64,000 nt of DNA from Gemmatimonadales bacterium (lineage in GTDB: Bacteria > Gemmatimonadota > Gemmatimonadetes > Gemmatimonadales > GWC2-71-9). Position numbers and translations under genes: made by a program. The stretch is taken from positions 640,001 through 704,000 of the forward strand of contig JBBCJC010000005.1 of assembly GCA_037189525.1 (NCBI GenBank). Reading direction: 5' to 3'. Under the pieces are notes generated by a model. That model was given only the letters and a program-made list of their open reading frames with translations. It did not search any database and was not told the origin of the DNA. This document shows positions 49,363 through 56,679 of the stretch, piece after piece (position 1 is the stretch's first letter; each line of letters starts with the position of its first letter).

Positions 49363-50333
49363 TCCTCGAAATTACCGACGCGCGGGGCCGGCTCCGGGAA
49401 CGGATCCGGCTCGGCGCCGAGCGCGTCACCTTGGGGCGGGCCTATGACGGGACGGTCGTGCTCGACGATCCGTATGTCGACCCGATCCACCTCGAACTGG
49501 TCTCGCGCGAGGACGGCAGCATCGAGTTTGCCGACCCCGGTTCCCTCAACGGCACCTGGGATACCCGATCCGGCCGCCGCCTCACCGTCGGGCAGATCGT
49601 GCCCGGCCTGGAACTCCGAATCGGGCGGTCCTACCTTCGCGTCATCAGTGCGGACCAACCGGTTCCTCCGGCCATTCCCGATGTGGCCGGCAGAAGCAGC
49701 CCGCGCCATTTGCTGGCGACCCGACGCAGCATCGGCGTCCTGGCGCTGACGGGCTTTCTCGCCGTTCTGGCCCAGTACTTTGCCAGCACCGAACCGATCA
49801 GCCTGATCGACCTGATCACCCCGGCGCTGGCAACGCTGCTGATGGCCGCGATCTGGGCTGCGGGATGGGCCTTCACGAGCCGGGTCGTGTCGCACCGGTT
49901 CCGGTTCCTTGCGCACCTCGCGTGGGTGGCCTTCATCGCCGCGCTCTTTTCGATTGCGGGCTTGGTGTTCGATTGGATCGGATTCTTTGTGCCGAGCGGC
50001 CTGACGGGCTATCTCGAGGCGGCCATCTGGTTCGGGCTGGGTACCTGGCTCCTGGTGGGCCATCTGGAGCTCACGTCGGACCGACCCGCGCGGCATCGCT
50101 GGAGTGTCGCGGCCGGCGTCACGGCCGTCATCGTGGTGGTCGGAACCTTACTGAGTCGGGCAGAAGGCATCGACGACGCCGACTGGACCAGCCGGGACGG
50201 CATGCTCAAACCGGTCTCGGCCCGCCTGATTCCGACCCAAAGCCTCGATCGTTTCTTCGAGCGGACCGAGCGGCTCAAGCACGCGGTGGACGAGCTATCG
50301 GGCTCCCCGTCAGACGCCGCGACCGACCCCTGA
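49350..50333 (+). CDS. FHA domain-containing membrane protein
   Basis: LGRAYD...LDDPYVDPIH...GSLNGT FHA pattern followed by about 5 TM helices. Confidence 0.85.
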   Translation: MVPLILEITDARGRLRERIRLGAERVTLGRAYDGTVVLDDPYVDPIHLELVSREDGSIEFADPGSLNGTWDTRSGRRLTVGQIVPGLELRIGRSYLRVISADQPVPPAIPDVAGRSSPRHLLATRRSIGVLALTGFLAVLAQYFASTEPISLIDLITPALATLLMAAIWAAGWAFTSRVVSHRFRFLAHLAWVAFIAALFSIAGLVFDWIGFFVPSGLTGYLEAAIWFGLGTWLLVGHLELTSDRPARHRWSVAAGVTAVIVVVGTLLSRAEGIDDADWTSRDGMLKPVSARLIPTQSLDRFFERTERLKHAVDELSGSPSDAATDP

Positions 50334-50337
50334 CCGA

Positions 50338-51348
50338 TCAGGCGTAGCCGTTGGGGTTGCCCGACTGCCAGCGCCACACGTCGCGGCACATATCGTCGAG
50401 GGTCCGCACCGCTTCCCATCCCAATTCCCGCTGGGCCCGGCTCGGATCGGCCCAGCATTCCGCCGCGTCACCCGGGCGGCGAGCCGCAATCCGGTACGGA
50501 ACCGGGCGATCGGCCGCCCGGGCAAAGGCCTCGACCATTTCGAGCACGCTGTACCCACGACCGGTGCCGAGGTTATAGGTCACGATACCAGGACGAGCCG
50601 CCAGCTTCTCCAGCGCCTTCAGGTGACCCAGCGCCAGATCGACCACATGGATGTAATCGCGAACGCCGGTGCCGTCGCGGGTGGGATAGTCGCCGCCGAA
50701 CACTGCAAGCTCCGCAAGGCGCCCAACCGCTACCTGCGCAATATAGGGTACCAGATTGTTGGGGATGCCGTTGGGATCCTCGCCGATCCGTCCACTGGGA
50801 TCGGCGCCGCTCGGGTTGAAGTACCGCAACAGCGCGATCTGCCAATCCGGCTCGGCGCGATGGAGATCGCGCAGCATGTCCTCGATGAACAGCTTCGAAC
50901 GCCCGTACGGATTGACGGCCGAGAGCGGAAATTCCTCGGTGATCGGAACGCTGGCGGGGTCGCCGTACACCGTAGCCGACGAACTGAAGACGAGCGTCTT
51001 GACCCGGGCGGCGCGCATCGCTTCGAGCAGCACCAGGGTACCGTTGATGTTGTTGTCGTAGTACCGGAGCGGCTGGGCCACCGACTCGCCGACGGCTTTG
51101 AGACCGGCAAAGTGGATCACCGACTCGACCGGGCCGGCCGCGAAGACCCGATCGAGCCCCGCCCGGTCGCGAATATCCACGCGATGGAACGGGATCGGGC
51201 GGCCAGCCAACTCTTCGACCCGGCGCAGCGCCGTTTCGCTGCTGTTGCTCAGGTTGTCGACGACGACGACCTCCTGCCCTGATCGGATCAGTTCGAGTAC
51301 GGTATGACTGCCGATGTATCCCGCCCCGCCCGTCACCAGGATCGCCAT
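50338..51348 (-). CDS. galE: UDP-glucose 4-epimerase
   Basis: GGAGYIGSHT, HFAGLKAVGES, YGRSK, LRYFNP and GVRDYIHV motifs. Confidence 0.97.
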   Translation of the reverse strand: MAILVTGGAGYIGSHTVLELIRSGQEVVVVDNLSNSSETALRRVEELAGRPIPFHRVDIRDRAGLDRVFAAGPVESVIHFAGLKAVGESVAQPLRYYDNNINGTLVLLEAMRAARVKTLVFSSSATVYGDPASVPITEEFPLSAVNPYGRSKLFIEDMLRDLHRAEPDWQIALLRYFNPSGADPSGRIGEDPNGIPNNLVPYIAQVAVGRLAELAVFGGDYPTRDGTGVRDYIHVVDLALGHLKALEKLAARPGIVTYNLGTGRGYSVLEMVEAFARAADRPVPYRIAARRPGDAAECWADPSRAQRELGWEAVRTLDDMCRDVWRWQSGNPNGYA

Positions 51349-51504
51349 CTTTTTTCTCCTCGTTGAATACGCCGTTCGGGCCCTGCTGCCGCCCCTCTGG
51401 CGTCAGAAAGGTGCAACGACTGTGCCTGAAAACAACACCGCACGGGCTGGTAGGCGACCCGTGCGGTTTGAAGTTTGGCCAGGTGTTGGAACAACCGGAA
51501 GGAA

Positions 51505-51927
51505 CTACCTGAAATGGGGACAGCCCAACGCCCGCCGCAACACCTCGGGCGCTCGACCTTGGACACGGAACCTACCAACCAGCATTCCGCGGGAGGGACC
51601 TGCAACACACGCAGCGGAAACCGCCGCCGTCGGCAACGCAACGGGCGGGACGAGGGCCCAAACGCCCTCCTCCTCGGCCGCCGGTTCCCAGGCGAGGTCG
51701 TCCGCGGGACCGACTTCGACTAACCGCACTTCGCCGTCCGCACCGACCGGCACCGAAATGACGAACCAGGTCCGGCGCGCCGTAACCGGACAACGACCGA
51801 AGAACCCATGCAGCGCACCGTCCGCCACGGCGATATCGCCGCTGACGGAAATCCGAAACTGGTGTATCGCACCACAGTCGTTGCAGGGAATCGCGGCCAC
51901 GTTCATCATTTCCAGTGGAGCCAGCAT
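51505..51927 (-). CDS. Hypothetical Cys-rich protein (possible zinc-ribbon N-terminus)
   Basis: SD GAGGA before ATG at 51927; CNDCGAIH...CPVT, C-terminal GCPHFR; preceded by the shared 30-bp element. Confidence 0.6.
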   Translation of the reverse strand: MLAPLEMMNVAAIPCNDCGAIHQFRISVSGDIAVADGALHGFFGRCPVTARRTWFVISVPVGADGEVRLVEVGPADDLAWEPAAEEEGVWALVPPVALPTAAVSAACVAGPSRGMLVGRFRVQGRAPEVLRRALGCPHFR

Positions 51928-51991
51928 ACCATCCTCACTTGGTCGGTGCGCACCGTCGTGATGCGCGCGGACATACATTAGGAATTCTTCG

Positions 51992-52021
51992 CGCAAACAA
52001 CAAGTTGGGAAAAAACCTTGC
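51992..52021. promoter_or_regulatory. 30-bp shared upstream element, copy A
   Basis: CGCAAACAACAAGTTGGGAAAAAACCTTGC; 29/30 identical to 54704-54733. Confidence 0.8.
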
Positions 52022-52040
52022 CGTTCATGCAAGGAAAAAC

Positions 52041-52724
52041 CTAGGTCCGCGTCAATACGTCCTCGAGACTTGGCGCACCGGGTTGGCGCATCCGTTCCAG
52101 ACTCAGTTGCTGCAATGCACGAACATTGGTCACGCCGAGTGCTTTTTCGACCTTGACGCGATGGAACTCCACCGTCTTGGTCTCGACCCCGAGCAACTCG
52201 GCAATTTCCTGCGTCGTCTTGCCCAGGCCCAGCAGCGCAAACACCTGGCGCTGGCGGCGGGACAGGACTTCCAGCGGGTCGGTCAATCGACTGGTCGCCG
52301 ACTGGCGATCGTCTTCGACCGCGGGACGGGTCCGCGCTTCGAACTTCGGATTCCGATAGGTCCGGCCGGCCATCACGGTTTCGACGGCCGACAGCAAATC
52401 GGTATCGGAGGAGAGCTTGACCACGAAGCCCGCAGCTCCGGCGCGGAAGGCTTCGTCGACGTAGATCCGCTCCGTCTGCATCGACACCACCAGCACCTTG
52501 GTGTTCGGCGCCTCACGGCGAATGTCGCGGCAAATATCGAGGCCCAGACGATTGGGCATCAGGAGATCGAGCAGCACCAGATCGGGCGCGAGCGCATGGA
52601 CCTGCTCGAGCACCGCCGCACCGTCGTGCACCATCCCGATCACCTCGTACGTCGGTTCGAGCATGGCCTTGAGCCCCTGGCACACCAGGGCGTGATCGTC
52701 GGCCAGGAGGACACGGGCTCGCAT
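52041..52724 (-). CDS. NarL/FixJ family response regulator (REC + LuxR HTH)
   Basis: LADDH, LLDLLMP (phospho-Asp), FVVK, LSRRQRQV...TVEFHR. Confidence 0.93.
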   Translation of the reverse strand: MRARVLLADDHALVCQGLKAMLEPTYEVIGMVHDGAAVLEQVHALAPDLVLLDLLMPNRLGLDICRDIRREAPNTKVLVVSMQTERIYVDEAFRAGAAGFVVKLSSDTDLLSAVETVMAGRTYRNPKFEARTRPAVEDDRQSATSRLTDPLEVLSRRQRQVFALLGLGKTTQEIAELLGVETKTVEFHRVKVEKALGVTNVRALQQLSLERMRQPGAPSLEDVLTRT

Positions 52725-53500
52725 CAGATCGCTTCCCGTTCCGGAACCCAGGCAATGATCCGCGTACCGCGACCGGGCTTACTCACGATCGACAATTCGC
52801 CCTGAACGGCGCGAAGCCGCTCCGACATGCCTAACAGGCCGAGCCCCGCGCCGACACCTTCCGTCACGTTCATCCCGCGTCCTTTGTCCTCGATCTCGAG
52901 CACGATTCCGTCATCCTGCGACGTCAACCTGACTACAGCGGTGCGAATCTCGGCATGGCGCGTCACGTTGCGCAGGCCCTCCTGCGCAATCCGATAGAGC
53001 GCGAGCGATGCGGCATCGCCGACCCGGTCGAGCACCAGCATCGAGTCGGCGTAGACCTCGACGTTCAGGTCGTCCGACACCTTCATGTCGACCGCCAGTC
53101 CTCGGAGCGCCTGCACCAGCCCCAGGTGGTCGAGAATGGCCGGGTGCGCCCGCCGCGCCATGCTGCGCACCTCATCGGCCAAATCATTGAGCTCCTCACG
53201 CAATCCGTCGATCCGCTGGGTCACGGCCGATGTCGGGCTGGGAATCGCGCGTCCGAGCGCGCTCAATTCGCCTCCGATCAATGCCACCCGCTGAATCACG
53301 TCGTCGTGCAAGTCGCGCGCGATCCGCGACCGCTCCGCTTCCTGCGCTTCGACCATACCCTGGCTGAACCGCCGGCTCTGCTCTACCTGGCGCCGCTGGG
53401 CCACGACGATCACGCCGATGACGGTGCCAGCAAAAATCACCGTGACCATCGCGGTCAGGACGTAGACCCAGAAGATCGTCTCCGGACGCAGCGACGGCAT
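52724..53500 (-). CDS. Histidine kinase (HisKA_3 + HATPase_c) with one N-terminal TM and no sensor domain
   Basis: ERSRIARDLHD H-box, QEGLRNVTRHA N-box, DKGRG, GLGLLGM; TGATG overlap with the regulator. Confidence 0.92.
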   Translation of the reverse strand: MPSLRPETIFWVYVLTAMVTVIFAGTVIGVIVVAQRRQVEQSRRFSQGMVEAQEAERSRIARDLHDDVIQRVALIGGELSALGRAIPSPTSAVTQRIDGLREELNDLADEVRSMARRAHPAILDHLGLVQALRGLAVDMKVSDDLNVEVYADSMLVLDRVGDAASLALYRIAQEGLRNVTRHAEIRTAVVRLTSQDDGIVLEIEDKGRGMNVTEGVGAGLGLLGMSERLRAVQGELSIVSKPGRGTRIIAWVPEREAI

Positions 53501-53506
53501 GGCGTC

Positions 53507-54202
53507 TCACCCCCCGGGTACGACGGATCGGCGTCCGCTTCGCCGACCGGCGGCTACCGGGCGGTCGATGTGCCAGACACCCCACGCAATCATCAGATAT
53601 CCCGCAATGGCCAGCACCAGGCGAGCGTGGTACGCCAGGTTGACCAAGTCGTTCCGATCGCCGAACAGGTTGGCCAGGAGCGGCTCGAACACGACGGTTG
53701 CTCCGTAGATCACCATCATGCCGGTACACAGCCAGAACCAGAACTCCGAGGTCCACCGCTCATAGGTGACCTGCACCCGGGTGACCAGGGTAAAGCCCGA
53801 CGCCGCCGTGACGAACAGGATCTGCACCGGCCCCGAGATCAGACTGAAGTCGGCCGCGATGCCCTGCAGATACTGGGCAACACTCCACGCCAGGACGTAC
53901 GCACCAATCGCTCCCAGCATGACCTGCCGCTGCCATCGTTTCGGCTGCCACGCGGCAAAGCCGGCCAACGCCAGCACCGTGGCTACCAGCTGCGGACCCT
54001 CCTGCAGCAAACGGGTTCGCACGCCCCGGAGGGACAGGGGTGCGGCGACCATGGCATAGGCGAGATAGACGGCGATCGACACGATGTGAAACCGGCCGCC
54101 TCGATCGAGGACCGACCATCGTCGCACACCCCAGAGGACCACCACGGCCATCATGGCCGTTTCGATCGCCGCGAGCCAGAAGTACGCCGCCGCCCCTTCC
54201 AT
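53507..54202 (-). CDS. Hypothetical 7-TM membrane protein (candidate accessory sensor subunit)
   Basis: Seven hydrophobic segments, FWFWLCTGMMVIY; 6-nt and 8-nt gaps to its neighbours. Confidence 0.8.
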   Translation of the reverse strand: MEGAAAYFWLAAIETAMMAVVVLWGVRRWSVLDRGGRFHIVSIAVYLAYAMVAAPLSLRGVRTRLLQEGPQLVATVLALAGFAAWQPKRWQRQVMLGAIGAYVLAWSVAQYLQGIAADFSLISGPVQILFVTAASGFTLVTRVQVTYERWTSEFWFWLCTGMMVIYGATVVFEPLLANLFGDRNDLVNLAYHARLVLAIAGYLMIAWGVWHIDRPVAAGRRSGRRSVVPGG

Positions 54203-54210
54203 AGCGCCGA

Positions 54211-54615
54211 TTAGAAGTTGAAGACGCCGTTGATGTCCCCGCAGTACGGCGGGCACTTCCACGGCGTATCCCCAATAATGCCCTTCAGGATGTCATTGCC
54301 CTCGACGTCGACGCCGCAGAACATCAGCGTCACCGTGCCTTTGGCATCGACACCGGGATAGAAGCGCAGCCCCACACAGCCCTTCTGGGCCAGGATGTCC
54401 TTGAAAATGTTGGCCCCATAGGCCGAGGGCGCGAGTTCCCCGGTTCGGCCGGCGAATTTCTTGAGGTAGACCTCACGCATACGGCGAGCCTGGGCATGCG
54501 TCAGGCGATGCTTGCGAGTGCCGAACGGCGGCACCCGACGCTTGGGTTGCTTGGCCGGTGTTTGGGCCGCCGGCAGCTTCGATGCCGCAGTGCGCTTCGA
54601 GGGTTTGCGAACCAT
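54211..54615 (-). CDS. Small hypothetical protein with GCVGLRFY / GVD..GND core and C-terminal CPPYC motif
   Basis: SD GAGGAG; 134 aa; ...ILAQKGCVGLRFYPG...CGVDVEGNDIL...DTPWKCPPYCGDINGVFNF. Confidence 0.82.
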   Translation of the reverse strand: MVRKPSKRTAASKLPAAQTPAKQPKRRVPPFGTRKHRLTHAQARRMREVYLKKFAGRTGELAPSAYGANIFKDILAQKGCVGLRFYPGVDAKGTVTLMFCGVDVEGNDILKGIIGDTPWKCPPYCGDINGVFNF

Positions 54616-54703
54616 CGTCCATACTCCTCACACGAGTCGATTCAGTCTTGCGCGATGAACTCCGTCGAACCTGGCCCCACAGCACAAAGCTCCCAAGCTG
54701 CCA

Positions 54704-54733
54704 CGCAAAGAACAAGTTGGGAAAAAACCTTGC
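54704..54733. promoter_or_regulatory. 30-bp shared upstream element, copy B
   Basis: CGCAAAGAACAAGTTGGGAAAAAACCTTGC. Confidence 0.8.
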
Positions 54734-54797
54734 TTTTTCCGAATAAAACCCGAAGATTTTCTTGAAGATTCGGATGCGCAACAGGCTGGACTGATCA

Positions 54798-54823
54798 AAT
54801 AATTGAGTATATATTCAATTATT
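54798..54823. promoter_or_regulatory. 26-bp near-perfect palindrome, probable TetR operator of the efflux operon
   Basis: AATAATTGAGTATATATTCAATTATT; half-site AATTGAGT recurs at 54867 and 54881. Confidence 0.72.
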
Positions 54824-54882
54824 GCGTATCACTAAGTTGTTAATCAGCAACTGTTTGAGAAATCTGAATTGAGTTACAGCAA

Positions 54883-55548
54883 TTGAGTAAAGACACCGAA
54901 CAGCCGGTGGAAGCCTCCGATCGGCAACCGCGCTGGCGACGCCGACCCGCCGAGCGACGCAGTGAAATCGTCGATGCGGCGGCGGGGGTATTCGGAGAGC
55001 GCGGCTACGACCACGCCACGCTGACCGATATCGCCAAGCGCGCCGGTGTCTGCGTCGGCACCGTGGCGCACTACTTCGGCAGCAAGGAAGACCTCTTCCG
55101 CGCGGCCCTGTTCGACCGGGTTCACGAGGAGTTCGCCAGGGAAGAGGCCATCCTGGCCGGACATCAGGGTTCCTATCGGAGCCTGATCGAAGGCTTGCTG
55201 CAGCGCATGGCCGACCGGGTCCGGCGATTCGGAACCGGCGACCTGCTGTTCACCGGCCTGGCGAAGGCCAGCACATTTCCGCAAGCCGGCCACTTGCTCT
55301 GTACCGAGGTCGGCGACCGCTGGCGCCGACTCTTCTCCGGGGCAATCGAGGCCGGCATCCAGCAAGGTGAGTTCCGCCGCCTCGACCCCGATCGAACCGC
55401 CCGCGTCCTGGCGAGCGCGCTGATGGGCATGCTCGTCGCTCATGCGCGCCTGTCACGATTCGATCCGCGCAGCCCGACCGCCGATCAAATGATCGAGACC
55501 TATCTCGACCTGGTAAGCCACGCTCTTCTCGAGCCCAGAACACCCTGA
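54883..55548 (+). CDS. TetR/AcrR family regulator
   Basis: IAKRAGVCVGTVAHYFGSKEDLF HTH; first gene of the RND operon; TTG start uncertain. Confidence 0.9.
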   Translation: MSKDTEQPVEASDRQPRWRRRPAERRSEIVDAAAGVFGERGYDHATLTDIAKRAGVCVGTVAHYFGSKEDLFRAALFDRVHEEFAREEAILAGHQGSYRSLIEGLLQRMADRVRRFGTGDLLFTGLAKASTFPQAGHLLCTEVGDRWRRLFSGAIEAGIQQGEFRRLDPDRTARVLASALMGMLVAHARLSRFDPRSPTADQMIETYLDLVSHALLEPRTP

Positions 55549-55551
55549 ACC

Positions 55552-56679
55552 ATGTTACCCACTCATCGCTACCCGCTTGCTGCGCTTGTCCTCGCTTTAC
55601 CGCTGACGGCCTGCCAGTCACCGCCGCCGCCCGTCATGCCGCCCACCGAAGTGACCGTGGTCGACGTCGCCCCCCAAACGCTCGGCGAATCCATCGAGTT
55701 CATGGGCGCCGTCGAGGCGTACCGGAACGTCGAGATCCGGTCGCAGGTCGCCGGGATCGTACTCGAGCGGCCTTTCACAGAAGGCGCCGCCGTGCAGGCG
55801 GGTCAGGTCCTCTATCGGATCGATCCGCTCCAGTACGACGCCGCCTGGCGAAGCGCTCGGAGCCGTCTCGCCGAGTCTGAAGCACGGCTGGCCAACGCCG
55901 AGCGGAACCTGGCGCGACTCAAGCCGCTCCTGGCCGACAACGCCGTCGCCCGGCGCGACGTCGACGACGCCGATGCCGAGCTGGCGCGCGCCCGCGCTTC
56001 GGCGGACGACATGCGCGCTGCGGTCGACCGCGCCAAGAAAGATCTGGACGAAGCCACCGTCCGGGCGCCGATTGCCGGCCGCGTCGGACGCGCCCATCTC
56101 CAGATCGGAGCGCGCGTCACCGGCCCCGGCGACCTCCTGACCACGATCGACGTGATCGATCCGGTCTATGTCTCGTTCCGGCCGAGCGCGGCGCAGACAC
56201 TGGCCTGGCGGCGCGACCCCGTAGCGGGCAAAGCCCTCCTGCCCGGAGGCACAGCCCGGATCGAGCTGACCCTGCCCGATGGCTCCGCCTTTCCGCGGCA
56301 GGGCCGGATCGATTTCGTCGACCCGGTCGTCGATCCGGCCACCGGAACGCAGCAGTATCGGGCAACCTTTGCCAACGGCGAGCGCCTCCTGGTGCCGGGA
56401 CAGTTCGTCCGGGCGTCGCTGCGCGGCTTGCAGCGCGTCAACACCCTGGCCGTCCCGCAGCGAGCGGTCCAACAGGTGCTCAACCGGCAGTTCATCTATG
56501 TGGTGGGCGCCGGTGACACGGTGCGCGCCCATGATGTTCGCACCGGCGCGCTGCTCGACAGCCTGTGGATCATCGAGGAGGGGATTACCGCCGGAGACCG
56601 CGTCGTGGTCGACGGGGTGCAGAAGATCGGTCCCGGTGCGGTGGTCAAGCCCGTAACGGCGGCACGGCCGGGCACATGA
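55552..56679 (+). CDS. RND efflux periplasmic adaptor (AcrA/MexA-like), lipoprotein
   Basis: LTAC lipobox, EIRSQVAG, VRAPIAGRVG, LVPGQFVR. Confidence 0.93.
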   Translation: MLPTHRYPLAALVLALPLTACQSPPPPVMPPTEVTVVDVAPQTLGESIEFMGAVEAYRNVEIRSQVAGIVLERPFTEGAAVQAGQVLYRIDPLQYDAAWRSARSRLAESEARLANAERNLARLKPLLADNAVARRDVDDADAELARARASADDMRAAVDRAKKDLDEATVRAPIAGRVGRAHLQIGARVTGPGDLLTTIDVIDPVYVSFRPSAAQTLAWRRDPVAGKALLPGGTARIELTLPDGSAFPRQGRIDFVDPVVDPATGTQQYRATFANGERLLVPGQFVRASLRGLQRVNTLAVPQRAVQQVLNRQFIYVVGAGDTVRAHDVRTGALLDSLWIIEEGITAGDRVVVDGVQKIGPGAVVKPVTAARPGT

